Assembly: GCA_028716565.1 (NCBI GenBank)
Contig: JAQUPL010000001.1
Location: 83,545 to 147,544, forward strand
Direction of reading: 5' to 3'
DNA from: Candidatus Omnitrophota bacterium
GTDB lineage: Bacteria; Omnitrophota; Gorgyraeia; Pluralincolimonadales; Pluralincolimonadaceae
DNA: 64,000 nucleotides
In this document: positions 33,517 to 43,095 of the stretch, one piece after another
Layout of the letters: each line of letters begins with the position of its first letter
Numbering within the stretch: position 1 is the first letter of the stretch
The notes under the pieces: model-generated
Database searches by the model: none
What the model was told of the DNA's origin: nothing
What the model saw: only the letters and a program-made list of their open reading frames with translations
Made by a program: the position numbers and the translations under genes

Positions 33517-34169
33517 GACTCGTTCTCCTGGGCCCGCCCGGCGCCGGAAAAGGGACGCAGGCAAAGGTTCTTTCTAAGGAATATAAGATCCCGCATATCT
33601 CTACCGGGGATATCTTGCGCGAAGCCGTAAAGACTAAGACGCCGATAGGCTTGAAGGCGAAGGTCTATATGGACAAGGGAGAGCTCGTCCCCGACGATGT
33701 CGTGATAGAGATGGTCGCCCAGCGCGTCGCGAAACCGGATTGCGAGAAAGGTTTCATGCTCGATGGTTTCCCGAGGACAGCGGCGCAGGCAAAGGCCCTC
33801 GACGCCACGCTGGCGGAACTCAAACGGCCGGTCGACCTGGTCCTTTATTTCAAGACGTCGGTCGAAACGATAATACAGCGGCTCTCCGGAAGGAGGGTCT
33901 GCAGGATCTGCGGCGAGAATTACCACGTAAAGAATATACCCCCGAAGGTAGCCGGCAAATGCGATAAGGACGGCGGCGAGCTTTACCAGAGGGATGACGA
34001 TAAGGAAGATACGATCTTAAACAGGATAAAGGTCTACGAAAACACCGTTCCTGAGATAATAGCTTATTATGAGAGCAAGAAGATACTAAGGACGGTATCC
34101 GGGGATTTCGACGTAGATGAAGCGCACGATTACCTGTCTAAGCTCTTTGTCAAAGAGAATCTAACATAG
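33513..34169 (+). CDS. adk: adenylate kinase (zinc-lid type)
   Basis: GPPGAGKGTQA P-loop. Lid CRICGENYH...CDKDG. Confidence 0.93.
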   Translation: MRLVLLGPPGAGKGTQAKVLSKEYKIPHISTGDILREAVKTKTPIGLKAKVYMDKGELVPDDVVIEMVAQRVAKPDCEKGFMLDGFPRTAAQAKALDATLAELKRPVDLVLYFKTSVETIIQRLSGRRVCRICGENYHVKNIPPKVAGKCDKDGGELYQRDDDKEDTILNRIKVYENTVPEIIAYYESKKILRTVSGDFDVDEAHDYLSKLFVKENLT

Positions 34170-34182
34170 GGCAGGGCGGCAG

Positions 34183-34944
34183 ATGATAATGCTAAGGTCC
34201 AGGGCCGAGGTCGAGAAGATCGAAGCGGCCTGCAGGATCGTCGCAGATACCCTGGAACATCTCGGTTCGAAGATAAAACCGGGTATGGCGACGGCAGAAT
34301 TGGACATCCTTGCCGAAGAATATATTAAGGCGAGAGGGGCTGTTTCCGCCTTTAAGGGATATAAAGGATTTCCGGCGAATATATGCACGTCGGTGAATGA
34401 GACCGTGGTCCACGGCATCCCGGGGAAACAGACCTTGAAAGAAGGCGATATAATCGCCTTGGATATAGGCGTCAAATTAAACGGTTATTTCGGCGATGCC
34501 GCGATGACGTTCCCGGTAGGCGGGATCTCCGAAGAGGCGAGTAAACTCATCACCGTGACGGAAGAGTCCCTTTATAAGGGGATAGAGAATGCCCGTCCGG
34601 ACAAAAGGCTCTGTGATATATCGAGCGCGGTCCAGGAACATGTCGAGAATAACGGGTTCTCGGTTGTGCGCGAATTCGTAGGGCACGGCATCGGCACGAA
34701 GATGCACGAGGATCCGCAGATCCCAAATTACGGCGCGCCGGGCACAGGGCCGAGGCTAAAGGCGGGGATGGTACTCGCGATAGAGCCGATGGTCAACACC
34801 GGGACACACAGGGTAGAGATATTGGAGGACGGGTGGACAGCCGTGACGAAAGACAGGAAGCTGTCGGCCCATTTTGAACACACGGTTTATATAGGCGATA
34901 ACGGGCCGGAGATATTGACGGAATGGCGAAAGAAGAAGCTATAG
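34183..34944 (+). CDS. map: type I methionyl aminopeptidase
   Basis: 253 aa, M24A family; metal ligands D..D..H..E..E present. 3' end overlaps infA by 22 nt. Confidence 0.9.
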   Translation: MIMLRSRAEVEKIEAACRIVADTLEHLGSKIKPGMATAELDILAEEYIKARGAVSAFKGYKGFPANICTSVNETVVHGIPGKQTLKEGDIIALDIGVKLNGYFGDAAMTFPVGGISEEASKLITVTEESLYKGIENARPDKRLCDISSAVQEHVENNGFSVVREFVGHGIGTKMHEDPQIPNYGAPGTGPRLKAGMVLAIEPMVNTGTHRVEILEDGWTAVTKDRKLSAHFEHTVYIGDNGPEILTEWRKKKL

Positions 34945-35141
34945 AAGTAGAGGGCGTGGTGCTTGAGGCGCTGCCGAACGCGATGTTCCGCGTGGAGCTC
35001 GACAACGGCCACAAGGTGTTATCCCACGTCTCCGGCAAGATGAGGATGAACTTCATCCGCATCCTTCCGGGCGACAGGGTAAAGCTCGAGCTTTCGCCGT
35101 ATGACTTAACCAGGGGCAGGATAACTTTCAGGGTGAAATAA
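34923..35141 (+). CDS. infA: translation initiation factor IF-1
   Basis: 72 aa, [63 protein letters not shown]. Confidence 0.93.
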   Translation: MAKEEAIEVEGVVLEALPNAMFRVELDNGHKVLSHVSGKMRMNFIRILPGDRVKLELSPYDLTRGRITFRVK

Positions 35142-35142
35142 T

Positions 35143-35256
35143 ATGAAAGTCCGTTCAAGCATAAAGAAGATATGCGAGAAGTGCAAGATAGTAAAAAGAA
35201 GGGGAATAATCTACGTGATCTGCGCTAACCCGAAACACAAGCAGCGCCAGGGTTAG
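35143..35256 (+). CDS. rpmJ: 50S ribosomal protein L36 (zinc-binding)
   Basis: 37 aa, [37 protein letters not shown]. Missed by the ORF track (under 60 aa). Confidence 0.88.
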   Translation: MKVRSSIKKICEKCKIVKRRGIIYVICANPKHKQRQG

Positions 35257-35278
35257 GCCGATAATTTAGGAGGACGTA

Positions 35279-35668
35279 ATGCCGAGGATTTTAGGTATCG
35301 ATCTGCCGAAGGAAAAAAAGATAGAGTTCTCTCTCTGTTACCTCTACGGGATAGGCAGGGCGCTCTCGAGGAAGATCCTCAAGGAGGCGAACATCAATCC
35401 CGATGTGCGCGCCAAGGACCTTACCGACGAAGAGGTGTCGCGCATAACGACGATCCTGCAGAAGGAATATAAGGTCGAGGGAGACCTGAGGAGAGAGATC
35501 GCGCAGAATATAAAGAGGTTGATGGACATCGGCTCGTACAGGGGGATCAGGCACAAGAGGGGCCTGCCGACGCGCGGCCAAAGGACAAAGACTAACGCAA
35601 GGACAAGGAAAGGCCCGCGCAGGATGGCGGTCACCTTAAAGAAGAAAGAGACCAAGCCGGGAGCATAA
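35279..35668 (+). CDS. rpsM: 30S ribosomal protein S13
   Basis: 129 aa, [25 protein letters not shown]. Only 22 nt after rpmJ, so no alpha-operon leader. Confidence 0.93.
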   Translation: MPRILGIDLPKEKKIEFSLCYLYGIGRALSRKILKEANINPDVRAKDLTDEEVSRITTILQKEYKVEGDLRREIAQNIKRLMDIGSYRGIRHKRGLPTRGQRTKTNARTRKGPRRMAVTLKKKETKPGA

Positions 35669-35669
35669 T

Positions 35670-36086
35670 ATGGTAGAAGAGAAGAAGGAAGAAGAGCATA
35701 AGCCTAAGAAGAAAAAAACAAAGAAGAAGGTCGCCAAGAACATACCGAACGCGATAGCGCATATCCAGGCGACTTTCAATAATACGATCGTCACGATCTC
35801 CGATAAGTCGGGAAATACCATCTGCTGGGCGTCAAGCGGCGGAAGCGGCTTCGCGGGATCGAAGAAGTCGACGCCGTTCGCCGCGCAGGTGGCTGCGGAA
35901 GTTGCCGCAAAGAAAGCCATGGAACACGGCGTAAAGGAAGTCGAAGTCTACGTAAAAGGCCCCGGCGCCGGACGAGAATCCGCGATACGCGCGCTGCAAG
36001 CGACCGGCCTGGCGATATCGTTAATAAAAGATGTCACGCCTATTCCACACAACGGCTGCAGGCCGCCGAAGAGAAGGAGAGTATAG
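35670..36086 (+). CDS. rpsK: 30S ribosomal protein S11 (Lys-rich N-terminal extension)
   Basis: 138 aa. [19 protein letters not shown] extension, then the S11 core [16 protein letters not shown]. Confidence 0.92.
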   Translation: MVEEKKEEEHKPKKKKTKKKVAKNIPNAIAHIQATFNNTIVTISDKSGNTICWASSGGSGFAGSKKSTPFAAQVAAEVAAKKAMEHGVKEVEVYVKGPGAGRESAIRALQATGLAISLIKDVTPIPHNGCRPPKRRRV

Positions 36087-36089
36087 TAA

Positions 36090-36716
36090 ATGGCGAAATA
36101 CAAGGATGCCGTATGCAGGCTATGCAGGAGGGAGGGCTCCAAGCTTTTCCTCAAAGGCACGCGCTGCTATACGCCGAAATGCGGGATCTCCCGCCGCGAG
36201 TACGCGCCGGGCCAGCACGGCCAGGGCAGGATCAAGCTGTCCGATTACGGCCTTCAGCTGAGGGAGAAGCAGAAGCTCAAGAGGATCTACGGAGTCCTTG
36301 AGAAGCAGTTCAGGAATTACTTCAAGACGGCGAATAAATCTAAGGGCGTCACCGGTGAGATCCTGCTGCAATTACTTGAGAGAAGGTTCGATAACGCATT
36401 GTTCCGTTCAGGCCTCGCTAATTCCACCGCCGACGCGCGCCAAGTCATCGCGCACGGCCATGTGAAGATAAACGGCCGCAGGACCGACATACCTTCGTAT
36501 TCGGTAAAGGTCGGAGATACAGTAAAGATAGAGAGCAAGGAAGGTATCGTAAAACATATAAAGAGCAACATCGAGCTTACGAAGGACAGGGGCATCCCTA
36601 AGTGGATGACGGTCGACGCAAACGGCCTTGAGGTAAAGATCGTCAAGCTCCCGTCCAGAGAAGATATCGGGTTCCCCATCCAAGAACAATTAATAGTCGA
36701 GTTGTATTCGAAGTAA
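36090..36716 (+). CDS. rpsD: 30S ribosomal protein S4 (zinc-finger form)
   Basis: CRLCRREG...CYTPKC N-terminal Cys4, S4 domain. Confidence 0.93.
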   Translation: MAKYKDAVCRLCRREGSKLFLKGTRCYTPKCGISRREYAPGQHGQGRIKLSDYGLQLREKQKLKRIYGVLEKQFRNYFKTANKSKGVTGEILLQLLERRFDNALFRSGLANSTADARQVIAHGHVKINGRRTDIPSYSVKVGDTVKIESKEGIVKHIKSNIELTKDRGIPKWMTVDANGLEVKIVKLPSREDIGFPIQEQLIVELYSK

Positions 36717-36730
36717 GAGGAGAAAATAAT

Positions 36731-37714
36731 ATGGGTATTGCCTGGAAAGATTTTGAAATGCCAAAGAAGTTGGCTTGCGATGACGCGAGCTATTCGGATA
36801 CCTACGGAAAGTTCACCGCAGAGCCCTTTGAGCGCGGCTACGGCACTACGCTCGGCAACGCTTTAAGGAGGGTGCTGCTTTCCTCGATAGAGGGAAGCGC
36901 GGTGACCTCTGTCAAGATAGATTCCGTCCACCACGAGTTTTCCAGCGTGCCCGGCGTCTCGGAAGATATACCGGAGATAATCCTGAATATAAAGAAACTC
37001 GTCCTGCGCTCCCATTCAAGGCAGCCCAAGGTCATCGAGATCAAGGCCGACAGCAAGGGCGACGTGAAGGCGAAGGACATAATCCATGACGAGACGATAG
37101 AGATACTTAATCCCGAACTGCATATCGCCACGCTGACGAAGAACGCCAAGTTCCACGTCGAGATGGAAGTAGGCAGGGGAAGGGGTTATTATCCGGCCGA
37201 GAAGAACAAGAGGGAAGGCCAGCCGATCGGGGTAATACCGGTCGACTCGATATTTACCCCTATCGTGAAGGTCAACTTTGAGGTGGAAAATACCCGCGTT
37301 GGCCAGATAACCGATTACGACAAGCTCATATTGGAGATATGGACCAACGGAAGCGTGACGCCGAAAGACGCGTTGCTATATTCGGCCCACATACTCGAGA
37401 AACACCTCGAGATATTCCTCGATTACGGGAAACTTCCGGAAGAGGAAGTCGAGGAAGAGATCAAGGTCGACGAAGAGCTCTATACGAAGCTCAGGATGCC
37501 TGTCTCGGAGCTCGAGCTTTCTGTGAGGAGCGCCAACTGCCTCAAGGAAGCGAAGATAAAGACGATCGGAGAACTCGTCCAGAAGAATGAGGCGGAGATG
37601 CTCAAGTACAGGAATTTCGGCAAGAAATCCCTGGCGGAGATAAAAGAGATCATAACCGGGATGGGTTTGGGCCTCGGCATGAAAGTCGATAAAAAGTTAC
37701 TGAAGAAGGAATAA
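36731..37714 (+). CDS. rpoA: DNA-directed RNA polymerase subunit alpha
   Basis: 327 aa. N-terminal dimerisation domain plus C-terminal domain. Confidence 0.95.
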   Translation: MGIAWKDFEMPKKLACDDASYSDTYGKFTAEPFERGYGTTLGNALRRVLLSSIEGSAVTSVKIDSVHHEFSSVPGVSEDIPEIILNIKKLVLRSHSRQPKVIEIKADSKGDVKAKDIIHDETIEILNPELHIATLTKNAKFHVEMEVGRGRGYYPAEKNKREGQPIGVIPVDSIFTPIVKVNFEVENTRVGQITDYDKLILEIWTNGSVTPKDALLYSAHILEKHLEIFLDYGKLPEEEVEEEIKVDEELYTKLRMPVSELELSVRSANCLKEAKIKTIGELVQKNEAEMLKYRNFGKKSLAEIKEIITGMGLGLGMKVDKKLLKKE

Positions 37715-37727
37715 CGGGTATACAACC

Positions 37728-38330
37728 ATGCGCCATAAAAAACTGAACAAGAAATTCGACAGGAACAAGCCCGAAAGAGATTCGATGATGAATAATCTCG
37801 TGAAGGGGCTTTTCATCTACCAGAGCATCACAACCACGACCCAAAAGGCGAAAGAGGCGAGAAGGTTCGCCGAGAAGCTCATAACGACCGCCAAAAAGGA
37901 CGATCTCAGCTCCCGGAGAAGGGCTTTCTCTGTTTTGAGGGACGAAACCCTTGTCGGGAAGCTATTTAAGGAGATCGCGCCGCTTTTTAAGGACAGGAAA
38001 GGCGGATATACCCGGATAATCCACCTTGGGAAGCGGAAGGGCGACAATGCCGAGCTTTCGATACTTGAATTGACGGAGAAGAAAGTCGTCGCTCCTAAGG
38101 TAAAGCATAAGAAAGAGAAACCGGCCGAGGCCAAACCGTCCGCGGCGGAAAAGACTCCCGCAAAAGGAACCGGTCCCCACGCTCCGGAAAAGCCTAAAGA
38201 AGCGGCGCACGAAAAGAATATCCCGCCTAAGAAAGAGGAGAAGGAGATACATAAAACGCCGACCCATAAGGCGCCGGCCGGCGGTTTTGTCGGGACTCTC
38301 CGCAAGTTCTTCAGGGGCAGGACCAAGTAA
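37728..38330 (+). CDS. rplQ: 50S ribosomal protein L17 with about 75-aa low-complexity K/P/E/A-rich C-terminal extension
   Basis: L17 core (MRHKKLNKKFDRNK...GGYTRIIHLGKRKGDNAELSILEL) followed by the tail APKVKHKKEKPAEAKPSAAEKTPAKG... Confidence 0.9.
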   Translation: MRHKKLNKKFDRNKPERDSMMNNLVKGLFIYQSITTTTQKAKEARRFAEKLITTAKKDDLSSRRRAFSVLRDETLVGKLFKEIAPLFKDRKGGYTRIIHLGKRKGDNAELSILELTEKKVVAPKVKHKKEKPAEAKPSAAEKTPAKGTGPHAPEKPKEAAHEKNIPPKKEEKEIHKTPTHKAPAGGFVGTLRKFFRGRTK

Positions 38331-38366
38331 TCCGCTAAGGCGGGTATATATTAAGAGGGGATAACC

Positions 38367-39536
38367 TTGAAGATCTCAAGACGTATTGAGAAAGTCAAAG
38401 AATCTCCTACGCTCGCCATCACCGCCAAAGCCAAGGAGATGAAGTTTAAGGGCGAAGACGTCGTAAGCTTCGGCGCCGGCGAACCGGATTTTGATACACC
38501 CTCCCATATCAAAGCCTCCGCGATAAAGGCCATCGAGGGCGGTTTCACTAAATATACCGCGTCTTCGGGGATCCCCGAGCTAAAAAAAGCTATCTGCGAG
38601 AAATTCCTGAACGACAGCGGCCTCTCCTATGAACCTTCCCAGATCGTAGTCTCGTGCGGCGCAAAACACTCTCTCTATAATATATTCCAGGCGATCTGCG
38701 ACGAGGGGGATGAAGTGATCATCCCTTCGCCGTATTGGGTGAGCTATACCGAGATGGTAAAACTTGCCGGCGGGAGGCCTGTCATCCTGGACACGAAACA
38801 GAGCGACGGGTTTAAAGTTAAGCCCGACGCCCTGAAGAAGTCTATCACGAAAAAGACGGCCGCATTCGTCCTCAACAGCCCGTCCAATCCCACCGGATGC
38901 GTCTATAACAGGTCCGACGCCGAAGGCATAGCGGATATCCTGATCAATAATAAAATAACAGTGATCTCGGACGAGATATACGAGAAATTGATATACGACG
39001 GCGAGAAACATATCTCGTTCGCCTCTCTTAGTAAAGAAGCGTATGGCATCACTTTCACGGTGAACGGTATGTCCAAGTCTTATTCGATGACCGGCTGGCG
39101 CATCGGTTACCTGGCCGCGCCGACGAAAGAATTGTCGGCGGCCGTAGGCCGCCTTCAAGACCACTCGACCTCAAATCCCGTTTCGTTCGCGCAGAAGGCG
39201 GCGCTCGAGGCGTTAAAGGGCGACCAGAAGTGCGTCGCGGAGATGGTCGAGGAATTCAAAAAGAGGCGCGATTATATGGTCGACAGGATCAACCGGATGA
39301 AGAATATCAGCTGCGTAAAGCCTAAAGGCGCATTTTATGTCTTCTGCGACATATCGAAGACGAAGATGGGCTCTCTCGATTTCTCGAAAACGCTCCTCGA
39401 AGAGGCAAAGGTGGCGGTCATCCCGGGCGAGCCGTTCGGATGGGATACCCACATAAGGCTGAGTTTCGCGACCGGCCTCGACGATATCAAGAATGGCCTC
39501 GACAGGCTGGATAACTGGCTTAAGGCCAGGGAATAA
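38367..39536 (+). CDS. aspC: aspartate aminotransferase (class I PLP-dependent)
   Basis: TTG start after AAGAGGGG. 389 aa. VVSFGAGEPDFDTP and SKSYSMTGWRIGY (PLP lysine) motifs. Confidence 0.75.
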   Translation: MKISRRIEKVKESPTLAITAKAKEMKFKGEDVVSFGAGEPDFDTPSHIKASAIKAIEGGFTKYTASSGIPELKKAICEKFLNDSGLSYEPSQIVVSCGAKHSLYNIFQAICDEGDEVIIPSPYWVSYTEMVKLAGGRPVILDTKQSDGFKVKPDALKKSITKKTAAFVLNSPSNPTGCVYNRSDAEGIADILINNKITVISDEIYEKLIYDGEKHISFASLSKEAYGITFTVNGMSKSYSMTGWRIGYLAAPTKELSAAVGRLQDHSTSNPVSFAQKAALEALKGDQKCVAEMVEEFKKRRDYMVDRINRMKNISCVKPKGAFYVFCDISKTKMGSLDFSKTLLEEAKVAVIPGEPFGWDTHIRLSFATGLDDIKNGLDRLDNWLKARE

Positions 39537-39546
39537 AGGAGATATC

Positions 39547-40626
39547 TTGGGACACAAGATCACTTTCATACCCGGCGACGGCGTAGGGCCGGAACTCTCG
39601 GATGCGGCAAAGCGCTGCATAGAAGCGACCGGCGTCGATATCGAATGGGAGGCATTCGACGCGGGTATAGGCGTCATGGAGAAATACGGCACGCCGCTTC
39701 CCGAGCACGTCCTTGCTTCCATCAGGAAGAATAAGGTTGCCATCAAAGGGCCGATCACGACGCCTGTCGGCACCGGAATACGCAGCGTAAACGTTGAGCT
39801 CAGGAAAGCCCTGGAATTATACGCCTGCCTGCGACCGTGCAAATCATATAAAGGGGTAAGGAGCCGTTACGAAAAAGTCGATATAACCATAGTCCGTGAA
39901 AATACCGAGGACCTTTACGCGGGCGTGGAATTCGAACAGAAAACGCCTGACTGCAAAAAGATCATAGATGACATCAACTCCCTGTCGAAGAAGAAGATAA
40001 GGGAGGATTCCGCGATAAGCATAAAACCGATATCGAAGTTCGCCTCGGAACGGATAGTGAAATACGCTTTTGAATACGCGGTAAAGAACGGCAGGAAGAA
40101 GGTCACCTGCATACATAAAGCTAATATCATGAAGGCGACCGACGGGTTGTTCCTCGCGACAGCGAGGGAAGTCGCCGCTAAATACGCGGGAAAAGTGGAA
40201 TTCGAGGACAGGATCGTCGATAACATCTGCATGCAGCTCGTCCAGAGGCCGGAGGAATATGATATTCTTGTCCTTCCCAACCTGTACGGCGACATAATAT
40301 CGGACCTTTGCGCAGGGCTTGTCGGCGGGCTGGGTCTGGCCCCGGGCGCGAACATCGGCGATAATTGCGCGGTCTTTGAGGCGACGCACGGCAGCGCGCC
40401 TAAATATAAAGGCATGAACAAGGTTAATCCCACCGCTATGATCCTTTCCGGAGTGTTGATGCTGCGCCATATAGGCGAGAAGAATGCCGCCGAACGGCTG
40501 GAGAACGCCGTGAAGAAGGTGATCTCCGACGGAAAATTCGTCACTTACGACCTGAAGGCGGAACGCGGCGACCCGACCGCGGTCGGCACACGGCAGATGG
40601 CAGACGCGATAATAAAGGCGCTCTAA
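39547..40626 (+). CDS. isocitrate/isopropylmalate dehydrogenase family protein (NAD-IDH-like)
   Basis: TTG start after AAGGAG. 359 aa. IPGDGVGPE, RSVNVELRKALELYACLRPC, NLYGDIISDL motifs of the beta-decarboxylating dehydrogenase family. Confidence 0.7.
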   Translation: MGHKITFIPGDGVGPELSDAAKRCIEATGVDIEWEAFDAGIGVMEKYGTPLPEHVLASIRKNKVAIKGPITTPVGTGIRSVNVELRKALELYACLRPCKSYKGVRSRYEKVDITIVRENTEDLYAGVEFEQKTPDCKKIIDDINSLSKKKIREDSAISIKPISKFASERIVKYAFEYAVKNGRKKVTCIHKANIMKATDGLFLATAREVAAKYAGKVEFEDRIVDNICMQLVQRPEEYDILVLPNLYGDIISDLCAGLVGGLGLAPGANIGDNCAVFEATHGSAPKYKGMNKVNPTAMILSGVLMLRHIGEKNAAERLENAVKKVISDGKFVTYDLKAERGDPTAVGTRQMADAIIKAL

Positions 40627-40645
40627 CCCGCCGGAATATCTTCCC

Positions 40646-41962
40646 ATGAAAAACTACGATATATGTATCATCGGCGCAGGGCCCGGCGGCACGGCCGCGG
40701 CGCTCGAGGCCTCATCCCTGGGAGCGGCGGTTGCGCTCATCGAAAGGGATGAGATCGGAGGCGTATGCCTGAACAGGGGCTGTATCCCGACAAAGGCCCG
40801 TTTAAAGTCCGTTTTTCTTTACGATGAATTCAAGCGTTCAGCCGAATTCGGAATAACGTCAAAAAATTTTGACTTCGACCTTTCTTCCATACGCCACCGC
40901 TCCTCCGATATAGTGGCCCGCCTGAAGGACCAGCTCGACCAATCGCTAAAGGCCAGGAGGGTGGATATAATAAAAGGCGAGGCGGTTTTTGAGGATAAAG
41001 GGACGGTAACGGCCGGCGGAGAAAAGATATCCGCGAGCACTTTTATTATAGCGACCGGATCCGCGCCGAAAGCGCTCAGGACGGCCAAGTCGGACAAAAA
41101 AAGGGTGTTCTATTCCGAAGAGATACTCGGCCTCGATAAGATGCCTGAGGATATCACGATAATCGGCGGCGGCGCCATAGGATGCGAATTCGCGTCTTTC
41201 TTCTCGGCCCTTGGCTCCAAAGTTACCATTATAGAGATGATGGAGCGGATATTGCCGAGGGAAGATAAGGACCTTTCGAACAGGCTTGAAGGCATATTTA
41301 AGAAAAAAGGCATAGAGGTGATAACCGGCGTTGCTTCGCCGGATATCGGAAAAATTTCCTCTAAAATTATTTTGATCTCAGTGGGCCGTTCGCCGAATAC
41401 GGGCGGAATGGGATTGGAAAAATCCGGAATTGCCGTAAAAGACGGCCGCATAACCGTCGACAAATATTTAAGGACGACGGCGCATGATATTTTCGCCGTC
41501 GGCGATTGCATCGGAAGATATAACCTCGCGCACGCCGCGACGGCCGAGGGAAAGGCCGCCGCGCGAAACGCACTCGGGAAAGAGGCGGCGATGGATTACG
41601 GAATAATGCCCGTTTGCGTCTATTCGTTCCCGGAGGCCGCGAGCGTAGGCCTGAACCCAGATGAGGCGGGGAATAAAGGATATGAGGCGGTAACCGGCCG
41701 CGCTTTCTTCGCGGGATCGGGAAGGGCCCTTGCCCAGAGGGAAACGGAAGGTTTTGTAAAGTTGACGGCCGACAAAAAGACAGGCAAGATACTAGGGGCG
41801 CAGATTTTGGGCTATAACGCGTCGGAACTCATTGGCATAATAAGCGTCGCCATAAAGGGCGGGCTATCCCTAAGAGACCTGGCCGATGTCGTCCAACCGC
41901 ATCCGGCTTTCTCCGAGGCGGTCCAGGAGGCTGCAGCAAATATATTGAGGCAGCCGAAATGA
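40646..41962 (+). CDS. lpdA: dihydrolipoyl dehydrogenase-like flavoprotein disulfide reductase
   Basis: IIGAGPGG FAD motif, redox disulfide GGVCLNRGCIPTK, C-terminal HPHPAFSE. 438 aa. Confidence 0.8.
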   Translation: MKNYDICIIGAGPGGTAAALEASSLGAAVALIERDEIGGVCLNRGCIPTKARLKSVFLYDEFKRSAEFGITSKNFDFDLSSIRHRSSDIVARLKDQLDQSLKARRVDIIKGEAVFEDKGTVTAGGEKISASTFIIATGSAPKALRTAKSDKKRVFYSEEILGLDKMPEDITIIGGGAIGCEFASFFSALGSKVTIIEMMERILPREDKDLSNRLEGIFKKKGIEVITGVASPDIGKISSKIILISVGRSPNTGGMGLEKSGIAVKDGRITVDKYLRTTAHDIFAVGDCIGRYNLAHAATAEGKAAARNALGKEAAMDYGIMPVCVYSFPEAASVGLNPDEAGNKGYEAVTGRAFFAGSGRALAQRETEGFVKLTADKKTGKILGAQILGYNASELIGIISVAIKGGLSLRDLADVVQPHPAFSEAVQEAAANILRQPK

Positions 41963-42798
41963 TAGCCAAGCCCCGCTGGCTTAGAAGGGATATCGTATCC
42001 TCGCCGAAGATAGAAGAGACAAGAAAATTGCTCAGGGATTCTTCGGTCAACACCGTCTGCGAAAGCGCCAAATGCCCTAATTTATGCGAATGCTTCGGCA
42101 GGGGCACGGCGACTTTTATAATTCTCGGCGATACCTGCACGAGAGGGTGCAGATTCTGCGCGGTAAATGATGGGATCCCTTCTGCGCCTGACCCGGAAGA
42201 GCCTTCGAAAGTTTACGAGGCCGCCAGGAAATTAAACCTTAACTATATCGTCGTCACATCGGTCACAAGGGATGACCTCCCGGACGGGGGAGCGGCGCAT
42301 TATGCCGCGACTGTCGGATACCTGCGCGAAAGATTAAGCGGCGTAAAGATAGAGGTCCTTGTCCCGGATTTCAAGGGGCGGGCGGAGCATATCGATAAGG
42401 TATGCGGAGCGGGGATAGATGTCTTCGCGCATAATCTCGATACGGTCAGGAGGCTCCATAAAGCCGTCAAGCCGAAAAGCGATTACGATCTTTCGCTTAC
42501 CGTATTGGGGAAAGCCAGGGATATATCGCGCGGCGGCATACCTACCAAGAGCGGCCTCATGCTCGGCCTCGGCGAGACAGAGGATGAAGTGGTCTCAGCG
42601 ATGAAGGACCTGCGATGGGCAGGGTGTGATATTATCACTCTCGGGCAATACCTGAAGCCGTCCCCGGGCAAGACAGAGGAACGTGAATTTATATCTCCAA
42701 AAATGTTTGAAAAATACGAGGAAATAGCGTATAATTTAGGCTTTACAAGGGTGAGCTCAGGACCGTTTGTCAGGAGTTCCTATCATTCAACCTGTTAA
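41959..42798 (+). CDS. lipA: lipoyl synthase
   Basis: Two Cys clusters (CESAKCPNLCEC and CTRGCRFC radical-SAM CxxxCxxC). 279 aa. Overlaps the lpdA stop by 4 nt. Confidence 0.88.
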   Translation: MIAKPRWLRRDIVSSPKIEETRKLLRDSSVNTVCESAKCPNLCECFGRGTATFIILGDTCTRGCRFCAVNDGIPSAPDPEEPSKVYEAARKLNLNYIVVTSVTRDDLPDGGAAHYAATVGYLRERLSGVKIEVLVPDFKGRAEHIDKVCGAGIDVFAHNLDTVRRLHKAVKPKSDYDLSLTVLGKARDISRGGIPTKSGLMLGLGETEDEVVSAMKDLRWAGCDIITLGQYLKPSPGKTEEREFISPKMFEKYEEIAYNLGFTRVSSGPFVRSSYHSTC

Positions 42799-42824
42799 GT
42801 CAATTTTGGGTCAAGGAGGAGGAT

Positions 42825-43085
42825 ATGGCAAAAGTCATATTGCCTGAAGTCGGAGAAGGGGCCCGGGAAGCCACCATATCTTACTGGCATTTCGAGGAAG
42901 GAGACAGGATAGAGGAAGGCGAAGACCTTGTGGAGATCGCCACGGACAAGTCCGCTATCAACGTGCCGGCTCCGTGCTCCGGGGTACTGACCGAAGTCTA
43001 TTTTGAAGAGGGTGATATTGTCGAGGTCGGAGAAGTGCTCGCCAATATCGAAGAGGAAGAAGCGCTTTTTGAAGAGGAGGAATAA
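42825..43085 (+). CDS. free-standing lipoyl-attachment domain protein (E2-type lipoyl domain, acidic tail)
   Basis: 86 aa. EIATDKSAINVPAPCSGVLTEV is the E2-type lipoyl-lysine hairpin. Tail EEEEALFEEEE. GGAGGAGGA RBS. Confidence 0.75.
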   Translation: MAKVILPEVGEGAREATISYWHFEEGDRIEEGEDLVEIATDKSAINVPAPCSGVLTEVYFEEGDIVEVGEVLANIEEEEALFEEEE

Positions 43086-43095
43086 GGTAAATTAG

